64,000 nt of DNA from Desulfovibrionaceae bacterium. Lineage in GTDB: Bacteria; Spirochaetota; Spirochaetia; Treponematales; Treponemataceae. This document shows, piece by piece, positions 48,468 to 56,817 of the stretch. The DNA is taken from the NCBI GenBank assembly GCA_963654755.1, contig CAVKBG010000001.1, positions 8,426 through 72,425 of the forward strand, given 5' to 3'. The notes under the pieces are model-generated. The model was not told the DNA's origin. It did no database searches and saw only the letters and a list, made by a program, of their open reading frames with translations. The stretch's first letter is position 1, and each line of letters begins with the position of its first letter. A program made the position numbers and the translations under genes.

Positions 48468-48615
48468 TTTCAGCCTCCAGCAATACGTTCTGTTTAATTT
48501 AAAATATTGCATTTGCTTTTTTTTTTCAAGCGAAACAAAACAAGAGCAAAATTAGCAATCAGCAAAGATTCACACTGATTGAGCAAATTCCATTTATATT
48601 ATAGTATATTTTATT

Positions 48616-49917
48616 ATGGAAATATTTATTCAACCAAAAATCTTAAAAGGATTCAGAGACTTTCTTCCTCAAGACGAAATTTTGAGATCTGACCTAATCG
48701 AAAAACTTACTAAGACATTCCGCTCTTACGGATTCGTTCCTATAGACACTCCAGTTCTTGAATATACAGAAATTTTGCTTAGAAAAAGCAATGGCGAAAC
48801 AGAAAAACAGATGTTCCGTTTTGAAGACAACGGCGGAAGAGATGTCGCGATGAGATTTGACTTGACAGTTCCTTTCGCAAGATTCACTGCACAGCACAAA
48901 GAAGAACTTTACTTTCCGTTCAAAAGATACCATATTTCAAAAGTATGGCGCGGAGAAAAACCGCAGGCAGGAAGATACAGAGAATTTGTCCAGTGCGACT
49001 TTGACACGGTAGGAAGCGACAGCGCAGTATCAGACTTTGAAACGCTAAGCCTTATGAAAGCAGCCCTTTCTGCCATCGGCGTTGACGAAATAAAGATTCA
49101 CGTAAACCACAGAGGAATTTTCAACCGCTTTTTAAAGAAACTTGGTCTTGCTGAAAAGTCGGAAGATATTTTGAGAGCAGTAGACAAGATTGCCAAAGTG
49201 GGCGAAGAAAAAGTTTCGGCGGAACTTGAAGAAATTACAGGAAGCGCAGATTCAAGCGCAAAAATCATTGACTACATAAAGCCACTTTCTTCATTTGAAG
49301 AGACACTTTCACACATAGAAGAGCTTGCCGGCGGCGAAGATGAAGACTCAAAGCGCATGAAAACGATTTTCAGCATGATGAAAGCAGCTGGAATTGAAGA
49401 AACTTATATGCTTGACCCTGCAATTACACGCGGTCTTGACTATTACACAGGCATTGTCTACGAAACTTTCCTTGAAAAACTTCCGTCAATAGGTTCTGTT
49501 TGCTCAGGCGGAAGATATGACAACCTCGCAGGCCTTTACATGAAAGAAAAACTGCCGGGCGTTGGCTCAAGCATTGGTTTGGACAGGCTGATTGCAGGAC
49601 TTTCTGAGCTTGGAATTACAAATGCAAAAGGCAGCTACCTTGATGTGGAAATATTCAACACAGATGAAAATCTGAATGTTCAATATCAGGAAGTGGCGGC
49701 AAAACTCCGCAAAGAAGGAATTTCCGTGGAAGTATTCCCAGACACTGTAAAAATCAACAAACAGTATTCTGTAACAGACAAAAAACAAATTCCCTGGGGA
49801 ATTATGATTTCAGGCAACAGCGAAAACGCAAATACAATCACGCTCAAGAACTTAAAGACAAGAGAAATCTTTGAGTCCATTTCGCTTGAAGATGCGGTAG
49901 AAAAGATTAAAGGTTAA
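48616..49917 (+). CDS. hisS: Histidine--tRNA ligase
   Basis: KGFRDFLP, RFDLTVPFAR, GRYREFVQCDFD, RGLDYYTG, GGRYDNL. Confidence 0.98.
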   Translation: MEIFIQPKILKGFRDFLPQDEILRSDLIEKLTKTFRSYGFVPIDTPVLEYTEILLRKSNGETEKQMFRFEDNGGRDVAMRFDLTVPFARFTAQHKEELYFPFKRYHISKVWRGEKPQAGRYREFVQCDFDTVGSDSAVSDFETLSLMKAALSAIGVDEIKIHVNHRGIFNRFLKKLGLAEKSEDILRAVDKIAKVGEEKVSAELEEITGSADSSAKIIDYIKPLSSFEETLSHIEELAGGEDEDSKRMKTIFSMMKAAGIEETYMLDPAITRGLDYYTGIVYETFLEKLPSIGSVCSGGRYDNLAGLYMKEKLPGVGSSIGLDRLIAGLSELGITNAKGSYLDVEIFNTDENLNVQYQEVAAKLRKEGISVEVFPDTVKINKQYSVTDKKQIPWGIMISGNSENANTITLKNLKTREIFESISLEDAVEKIKG

Positions 49918-49924
49918 GTTTTAA

Positions 49925-50070
49925 TAGATTCCCGTGTCGCAGCACGGGAATGACAAATCAAAGGCTAAATTTTAATGTCATCCTATGCAACAAATTTGTC
50001 ATTGCCGTGCTTGACACGGCAATCTAGTATAAATTTTCAGCAGCTCTTCGGGTCAAGCCCGAAGATGACA
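49925..50070. repeat. Cluster of three TGTCAT-tagged palindromic (REP-like) elements
   Basis: 49925-49954 (-), 49997-50026 (+) and 50043-50070 (-); consensus TGTCAT-stem-CTTGA-stem-ATCTA. Confidence 0.85.
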
Positions 50071-50077
50071 TTTTATC

Positions 50078-50548
50078 TTACATCTGTTTGAGCAAGTTCA
50101 CCATTTCAATTGCTCCAAGGGCGCAGTCGTAGCCTTTGTTTCCGGCTTTTGTTCCGGCGCGCTCAATTGCCTGATCAATTGTGTCAGTTGTAAGAACTCC
50201 AAACATAACAGGAATTCCAGTTTGCAAGCTAACTTGGGCAATTCCCTTTGAAACTTCAGCACAAACGTAATCATAGTGGCTTGTAGCTCCGCGGATTACA
50301 GCGCCAAGGCAAATGACAGCATCGTACTTTTTGCTTTCAGCCATTTTTTTTGCGGCAACTGGAATTTCAAAAGCGCCCGGAACCCAGCAAAGAGTTATGT
50401 CATCGTCTTCAACATCGTGGCGAACAAGTCCGTCTTTTGCGCCCGCGACAAGTTTTGAAACAATAAACTCATTAAATCTTGCGGCGACAATTCCAACTTT
50501 GATTTTGCCTGCATTTCCAGCAACAACCTTTCCTTCAATAATTTTCAT
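50078..50548 (-). CDS. ribH: 6,7-dimethyl-8-ribityllumazine synthase
   Basis: [34 protein letters not shown]. Confidence 0.97.
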   Translation of the reverse strand: MKIIEGKVVAGNAGKIKVGIVAARFNEFIVSKLVAGAKDGLVRHDVEDDDITLCWVPGAFEIPVAAKKMAESKKYDAVICLGAVIRGATSHYDYVCAEVSKGIAQVSLQTGIPVMFGVLTTDTIDQAIERAGTKAGNKGYDCALGAIEMVNLLKQM

Positions 50549-50578
50549 TTTTTCCTCCAAAATATTTTTTAGAACCGG

Positions 50579-51793
50579 CTAAACGTTAGAAAGCAGATGC
50601 CCCATACGCTTTGCTTTTGTTTTCAAATAAAATTCATCATATTTTTGAACTGGAATTTCAAGCGGAATACGCTCTTCAATTTCGATTCCGTTTTCCTTGC
50701 AGTTCATGGCGTCAATTTTCTGCGGATTGTTTGTCATAAGTCGAAGTTTTGAAACTCCAAGATTTTTTAAAATTTGAATTCCGCATGAATAGTCCCGGGC
50801 ATCTTCTGGAAGACCAAGCGCAAGGTTAGCGTCAACAGTATCCATGCCTTTGTCCTGAAGACTGTAAGCCTTTATCTTGTTAAGAATTCCGATTCCTCTT
50901 CCTTCCTGAGAAAGATAAACGAGAACTCCCCTTCCTTCCTGAGAAATTTTTTTCATTGCAAGATCAAACTGCTCGCCGCAATCGCATTTTCTTGAGCCGA
51001 AAGTGTCGCCTGTAAGACATTCGCTGTGAACGCGGCACAAAACGCTTTTTCCGTCGGAAACATTTCCCATGACCAAAGCCTCATGATGCTCGCCGGTGAT
51101 TGTGTCCAAAAATCCGTAAAGTTTAAAGTCGCCGTACTTTGTGGGAAGATTCGCTTCCGCAACGCGCTCAATAAATTCTTCAGTTGACTTTCTATATTCA
51201 ATCAAATCGGCAATCGTTATAAGAGTTAAGTTCCATTCTTTTGCTTTTTCTTCGAGTTCGGGGCGGCGCGCCATGTGTCCGTCTGCGCTCATAATTTCGC
51301 AGCAAAGTCCAGCTGGCTCAAGTCCGGCTAAGCGGCACAAATCAACAGTCGCTTCGGTATGTCCTTGGCGTTCAAAAATTCCCTTGTCTTTTGCAACTAA
51401 AGGAAACATGTGTCCCGGGCGGCGAAAATCTTCCGGCTTAGTTTCTGGATTTACAAGAGCAACAGCAGTGGTGCTTCTTTCAAATGCGCTGATTCCTGTT
51501 GTCGTTGAAATATGGTCCACGGAAACAGTAAAGGCAGTTTCGTGGTTGTCCTGATTTTGAAACGTCATCGGATAAAAATTAAATTTTTTTGCGATTTCAG
51601 AGCTTACTGGCATACAGATAAGTCCGCACGCATTCCGCGCCATAAAATTTATATTTTCACCAGTAGCAAATTTTGCGGCGCAAATCAAGTCGCCTTCATT
51701 CTCGCGCGACTCGTCATCAGTAACCATTATAATTTTTCCGCTGCGCAAATCCTGCAAAGCTTTTTCTATAAGAGCAAATTTTTCAGATTTCAT
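50579..51793 (-). CDS. ribBA: Bifunctional DHBP synthase / GTP cyclohydrolase II
   Basis: RENEGDL, RPGHMFPL, GHTEA, RVHSECLTGD, CDCG, QEGRGIG. Confidence 0.97.
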   Translation of the reverse strand: MKSEKFALIEKALQDLRSGKIIMVTDDESRENEGDLICAAKFATGENINFMARNACGLICMPVSSEIAKKFNFYPMTFQNQDNHETAFTVSVDHISTTTGISAFERSTTAVALVNPETKPEDFRRPGHMFPLVAKDKGIFERQGHTEATVDLCRLAGLEPAGLCCEIMSADGHMARRPELEEKAKEWNLTLITIADLIEYRKSTEEFIERVAEANLPTKYGDFKLYGFLDTITGEHHEALVMGNVSDGKSVLCRVHSECLTGDTFGSRKCDCGEQFDLAMKKISQEGRGVLVYLSQEGRGIGILNKIKAYSLQDKGMDTVDANLALGLPEDARDYSCGIQILKNLGVSKLRLMTNNPQKIDAMNCKENGIEIEERIPLEIPVQKYDEFYLKTKAKRMGHLLSNV

Positions 51794-52395
51794 TTTTTTT
51801 CCTCCAAAGTAAAATGTCTTATATATTTTCCAACTATGTCGCATTCAATATTCACCAGGTCGCCGGGCTTTTTTTTGCTTAAAACGGTGTTGCTCCAAGT
51901 ATGCGGAATCACAGCCGCAAAAACAACACAAGTTGTGCCGCTCCATTTTACAGAAGCAATAGTCAGGCTGATTCCGTCAATTGCAACAGAGCCTTTTTCA
52001 ATCATAAAATCGCCGAGTTTTTTTTCCATTGAAAACTGAATGTTCACGGCGTTTTCATTTTTTGAGAAAGCAAGAATTCTTCCAGTTCCGTCGATATGCC
52101 CAGAAACAATGTGTCCGCCGAATCTTCCGTCAGCCTTCATTGCGCGCTCAAGATTTACAAAGCTTCCTGTGCGAAGGATTTTTAAGGAAGTTCGGCTGAA
52201 AGTTTCCGGCGTAACATCAGCTTTAAAAACAGAGCCAGAAAATTCAGCGACAGTCAGGCAAACTCCATTCACGGCAATGCTTTCGCCAAGCACAAGTTTT
52301 TCATTAAAACCAGACTGAATCTCAATCGAAAAAGAATGGCCGGCTCTCACAATATTTTTTACAGTGCCAAGGCTTTCTATAATTCCCGTGAACAA
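51790..52395 (-). CDS. ribE: Riboflavin synthase (alpha chain)
   Basis: MFTGIIE, SIAVNGVCLTV, GGHIVSGHID, KGSVAIDGISLT. Confidence 0.96.
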   Translation of the reverse strand: MFTGIIESLGTVKNIVRAGHSFSIEIQSGFNEKLVLGESIAVNGVCLTVAEFSGSVFKADVTPETFSRTSLKILRTGSFVNLERAMKADGRFGGHIVSGHIDGTGRILAFSKNENAVNIQFSMEKKLGDFMIEKGSVAIDGISLTIASVKWSGTTCVVFAAVIPHTWSNTVLSKKKPGDLVNIECDIVGKYIRHFTLEEKK

Positions 52396-52397
52396 AA

Positions 52398-53570
52398 TTA
52401 TTCCTCCAAGCTCGGCTCTTGAAAATTGTATTCCAAAAGCAAATCACCAGAAAAAGTCTTTACATTTTTCAGCGAAAGATTCACGCAAGACAAAAGGCTT
52501 GAACATTCAATTCCCTGCACCGGCGAATGCACAGCTTCATTTTTTCCGCCCAAAATTTTGGGAGCGACAAAGCAAAGCACTTTGTTTACAAGGCACTTTT
52601 TTTCTTCGCCGTAAAAAAACAAACTTGAATTAAGAGAGCCGCCGGATTCAACAAGAACGCTGTCAATTGAAAGCTCGCCAAGTTTTTTTAGCACTTGCAA
52701 AATGTCGATATGCGAATCTTTTTTTCCAACCTGAATTACTTTTGCGCCTTTTTTTTCAAGAGCGGATTTTTTTTCGGAATTAGAGCAAGTAAAAATTACA
52801 AGCGGAATTTCATTCGCAGTTTTTACAAGATTGCATTCAAGCGGAATTTTCAATTCTGTATCAAGGACAACTCGAACCGGCTGCTTTAATTCTTCACCTT
52901 GAATTCTGCAAGTTAAAAGCGGATTATCTTTTAGAACCGTCTGGATTCCGCACATAACGGCCGCAGTTGTTCCGCGCAAATAATGAACATATTCACGGGA
53001 ACTTTCATTTGTAATCCATTTACTTTCGCCTGAAGAAAGTGAAGTTTTTCCGTCCGCACTTTGCGCATATTTTACAATCACAAAAGGACGCTTAGTTGTT
53101 ATATAATAGAAGAAAATTTCATTAAGAGAATCACATTCATCTTTCATAAAATCTCGGAAAACTTTTATTCCCGCATTTTTAAGCTGAAGAACGCCTTTTC
53201 CGTTTACAAGAGAATTCGGGTCGCGGCTTCCAATCACGACATTTTTTATTCCGGCTTCTACGATTGCCTGAGTGCATGGCGGCTGTTTTCCTGTGTGGCA
53301 GCAAGGTTCCAATGTAACGTAAAGATTTGCTCCGCGAACACAGGCATTTTTTTCCATTGCATTTTTTAAAGCATCCCGCTCCGCATGAAGATTTCCGTAT
53401 TCGTGATGAAAACCTTCCGCAATAATTTTTCCGTCTTTTTCAATTACTGCGCCAACAAGAGGATTCGGATGAACTTTTCCGCCGCCTTTTTTTGCAAGCT
53501 CAATTGCACGCTGCATAAAAATTTTCTGAGGAACAAAAACAGCATTTTTTTCTTCTGCAAAAATGTCCAT
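52398..53570 (-). CDS. ribD: Diaminohydroxyphosphoribosylaminopyrimidine deaminase / reductase
   Basis: PNPLVGAV, HAE, TLEPCCH..KQPPC, SKWIT, DNPLLT. Confidence 0.96.
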   Translation of the reverse strand: MDIFAEEKNAVFVPQKIFMQRAIELAKKGGGKVHPNPLVGAVIEKDGKIIAEGFHHEYGNLHAERDALKNAMEKNACVRGANLYVTLEPCCHTGKQPPCTQAIVEAGIKNVVIGSRDPNSLVNGKGVLQLKNAGIKVFRDFMKDECDSLNEIFFYYITTKRPFVIVKYAQSADGKTSLSSGESKWITNESSREYVHYLRGTTAAVMCGIQTVLKDNPLLTCRIQGEELKQPVRVVLDTELKIPLECNLVKTANEIPLVIFTCSNSEKKSALEKKGAKVIQVGKKDSHIDILQVLKKLGELSIDSVLVESGGSLNSSLFFYGEEKKCLVNKVLCFVAPKILGGKNEAVHSPVQGIECSSLLSCVNLSLKNVKTFSGDLLLEYNFQEPSLEE

Positions 53571-53664
53571 ACAAGAAAGTTTTATATCAAACTAAAAATA
53601 TTGTCAATACAAGCCGCTTATGCTCGTTTGACAATAGAAACATTTTTATCTATTATATATTGTT

Positions 53665-56265
53665 ATGAAAAAATGCGGGACTATTCCACTCATTCTTAGC
53701 GGAGCATTGCTTTTTTTTGCGCTTGTTTTTGGCTCTTTTCTTGGAGCTGGACTTGCGGCTACACGGAATACAATAAACACTGAAAATTTCACAGACTTTG
53801 AAACTTCACTTCCAACAAGGCTTTTGGATATAAACGGCGAGCTTATAACTGAATTTGCAAGCGACGAGCGGCGGGAAATAATCGCACTGAAAAATCTTCC
53901 GCAGCACATGATTGACGCATTGCTTACACGAGAAGACCGCATTTTTTACAGCCACCACGGATTCAGCATAAAGGCTTTGTTCAGGGCAGTTGTCGGAGTT
54001 CTTACAAGAAGCTCGCTTGGCGGAGGCTCAACACTTTCTCAGCAAATCGCGGGAACTTTGTATTGCGACCGGCAGGAATATTCAGTCAAACGAAAACTCA
54101 AGGAACTTTGGTGGGCAATCCAAATGGAGCGCAGATATTCAAAGGACGAAATTCTAGAGCTTTATCTGAATAAAATTTATTTTGGCGGCGGAACTTACGG
54201 AGTAAACGCGGCAAGCAAATATTACTTTGGACACGATGCCACAGAAATAACTCCGGCGGAAGCTGCAATTCTCGTAATTCAGCTTTCAAATCCTTCTTTT
54301 TATAATCCGTTTGAACATCCAAACCGTGCAATGGCAAGACAAAAAGATGTTCTTGAAGCGATGGTGAATTCCGGCTACATTTCCCAGCAGCAGGCGGACG
54401 ACAGTTTTGACACATACTGGGCAAACTTTGACTACACAAGAACAAACGCTTCCGCCCACGCAATGCAAAATGACGAAGCGCCTTGGTTCAGCGAATATGT
54501 AAGAAGAAATTTAAGCGGAATGATTTACGGCACAGAAGACATTTACACAAGCGGATTCACCGTAAACACAACATTGAATCTTTCGCACCAAAAAGCCGCA
54601 GAACAAGTAATGCAGGATTATATCCATGCGGCGAACAGGCTTTACCAGCGGACAATGAATTCCCACGAGCGCGCAACATTCAGCAAATATATTCCGCTCA
54701 CAGAACTTTTCAGCCTTGTATTCGACTTGCCGGATTTAAAGCTTGGCGAGCAAAGAAATCAAGCAACCGCAATGAACCAGTACCGCGATGAAATAAATCC
54801 TATAATCGATGTAATGTCCATGGTCTGCGGAATTGAATCTTTAAAGACTGAAATTGTCAACAAAGGAAATTCCTTGATTCAGCAAAAAGCGGAAAAAACA
54901 ACAATTGAAGGAACAATGATTGCCCTTGAAAATTCAACTGGCTACATAGATGCGCTTGTCGGCGGCTCAAAATATGACAAGACAAACCAGTTTATCCGCG
55001 CGGTTCAGGCAAAGCTTCAGCCTGGCTCAACTTTCAAGCCGCTTTATTATTCCGAAGCAATTGAAAGCCAGAAATTTACAATGACAACGATTATAAGCGA
55101 CACGCCTCAGGTTTTCCACAAAGAAGACGGAACTCCTTATATTCCGCAGGACTTTAAAGGTCAGTGGGAAGGCGATGTTGAATTCTGGTACGCTCTAGCC
55201 CACTCCATGAATGTGCCTTCAATAAAAGTTCTGGACACAATCGGATTTGACTCGGCAATAAAAAGAACTTCCGCGCTGCTAGGAATTCCTTCAAACGAAT
55301 TTGAATCAAGGCACTTTGAGCCAGTTTATCCGCTTGGTCTTGGAGTTTGTTCAGTGCGCCCTATTGAAGTTGCAAAAGCCTACGCCACAATCGCAAACCG
55401 CGGAAAAGAAGTCAAGCCGATTGCAATTCTTTCAGTTGAAGACAAAAACGGAAATATAATTTTCAATCCGGGAAAAGAACAAGCAGACGCGCAAAAATCC
55501 AGAAACGGCTCAAAGCAGATTCTTACAGAAGAAACAGCATTTATAATGCAGGAAATTATGAAGAATACTGTGGCAAGCGGAACTTTAAGATACGGCTCTG
55601 ACTGGGACTCAACATATTGGGTTACAGGAAAAAGAAAAGGCCGCGGAAACAAATTCAATTTTGTAAATTCAAACGGAAAAACATTCCAAATGCCTGTAGC
55701 AGGAAAAACAGGAACAACGCAAAACTGGGCAGATGCATGGGCAGCAGGATTTACGCCTTACTACACTTCTGTTTTCTGGTTCGGATTCGACAAGCCGGGA
55801 CAGTCGCTGGGACTTTCAATTACTGGCTCAACTTTAGCTGGCGTTGCCTGGGGCGACTTTATGAATGCGGCGAACAAAGACAAGCCGTACAAGCCGTTCT
55901 ATGACGAAATGCCAAAAGACTTGATTCAGCTTGAAGTCTGCACAAAAAGCGGCGGAATTCTGACTCCTGAATGCGGAAGCAACAGAATCACTGCGTATTA
56001 TTATCCGGGAACAGAGCCGACCGAGCCTTGCTTAAAACATACAGACGACTCTGGCAGAACATTAGGAGCCGCAAGACTTCAAAAAGCAAGAATTCAGGCA
56101 GGCTACAGTTTTGATGAAGGAATTGACGACAGTCCGCTGATGGTTGACTTGAGCTTCCTTAAGAGCGGAAAACTTTCTTCTGAAATAAGGCAGGAAGAAT
56201 CAGCGTATGAGCTTTCTCAGCCGCAAAGAAATTCCGATGATTTTTCAAACTGGCTTCTTGACTAA
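53665..56265 (+). CDS. Class A penicillin-binding protein (PBP1A family)
   Basis: EDRIFYSHHG, GGSTLSQQ, RKLKE, ILELYLN (glycosyltransferase); QPGSTFKP, SMN, GKTGTT (transpeptidase). Confidence 0.95.
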   Translation: MKKCGTIPLILSGALLFFALVFGSFLGAGLAATRNTINTENFTDFETSLPTRLLDINGELITEFASDERREIIALKNLPQHMIDALLTREDRIFYSHHGFSIKALFRAVVGVLTRSSLGGGSTLSQQIAGTLYCDRQEYSVKRKLKELWWAIQMERRYSKDEILELYLNKIYFGGGTYGVNAASKYYFGHDATEITPAEAAILVIQLSNPSFYNPFEHPNRAMARQKDVLEAMVNSGYISQQQADDSFDTYWANFDYTRTNASAHAMQNDEAPWFSEYVRRNLSGMIYGTEDIYTSGFTVNTTLNLSHQKAAEQVMQDYIHAANRLYQRTMNSHERATFSKYIPLTELFSLVFDLPDLKLGEQRNQATAMNQYRDEINPIIDVMSMVCGIESLKTEIVNKGNSLIQQKAEKTTIEGTMIALENSTGYIDALVGGSKYDKTNQFIRAVQAKLQPGSTFKPLYYSEAIESQKFTMTTIISDTPQVFHKEDGTPYIPQDFKGQWEGDVEFWYALAHSMNVPSIKVLDTIGFDSAIKRTSALLGIPSNEFESRHFEPVYPLGLGVCSVRPIEVAKAYATIANRGKEVKPIAILSVEDKNGNIIFNPGKEQADAQKSRNGSKQILTEETAFIMQEIMKNTVASGTLRYGSDWDSTYWVTGKRKGRGNKFNFVNSNGKTFQMPVAGKTGTTQNWADAWAAGFTPYYTSVFWFGFDKPGQSLGLSITGSTLAGVAWGDFMNAANKDKPYKPFYDEMPKDLIQLEVCTKSGGILTPECGSNRITAYYYPGTEPTEPCLKHTDDSGRTLGAARLQKARIQAGYSFDEGIDDSPLMVDLSFLKSGKLSSEIRQEESAYELSQPQRNSDDFSNWLLD

Positions 56266-56294
56266 AAAACAAAGATTGCCTATTTTTTAATTAA

Positions 56295-56708
56295 ATGCTT
56301 GTAAAAATTGAAGACATAAAAGTAAAAAAAAGAGTTCGCCGCGATTTGGGAGATTTGACCGCATTAAAAGAAAGCATGCACCGTTACGGTCTTATGAATC
56401 CAATCACGCTGAATTCCAGCTACGAGCTTGTGGCAGGAGAACGCAGGCTTGAAGCAGCAAAATCTCTTGGCTGGGAAAGAATAAACGCAAACGTCCTTGA
56501 CTCAAATGTTGACAACATCCGCCAGCTTGAAATGGAGCTTGAAGAAAACAATCAGCGCAAGGAATTTACAGACGAAGAACTTCTGGAAGGATACAAGCGG
56601 CTTGAAAAGCTAAAAAATCCTCCGCTGATTATGAGGCTCTTAAAATTCATTGCCAATATTTTTATAAAAATCGCAGAATTTATAAAATCGCTTTTTGGAA
56701 AAAAATAA
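56295..56708 (+). CDS. Small ParB N-terminal-domain protein
   Basis: LKESMHRYGLMNPI, LVAGERRLEAAK, ELEENNQRKEF; ends at 137 aa. Confidence 0.88.
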   Translation: MLVKIEDIKVKKRVRRDLGDLTALKESMHRYGLMNPITLNSSYELVAGERRLEAAKSLGWERINANVLDSNVDNIRQLEMELEENNQRKEFTDEELLEGYKRLEKLKNPPLIMRLLKFIANIFIKIAEFIKSLFGKK

Positions 56709-56734
56709 ATTTAAAGCCTTACAACAATTTCTCT

Positions 56735-56763
56735 TTGCATTTCAGCATTTTGTGCCTTATAAT
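56735..56763 (+). promoter_or_regulatory. Sigma70 promoter
   Basis: TTGCAT-17-TATAAT upstream of the nucleoside kinase gene, which has SD GGAGG. Confidence 0.65.
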
Positions 56764-56817
56764 TAAATGATAAAAAATATCATATTAAAAAAATCTGCAT
56801 AACTTTGGAGGCACATC

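Noticed and set aside
49925..50070. CRISPR-like array
   Set aside because: The units alternate in orientation, differ in stem sequence, have irregular spacers and have no cas genes nearby; a REP-like family fits better.
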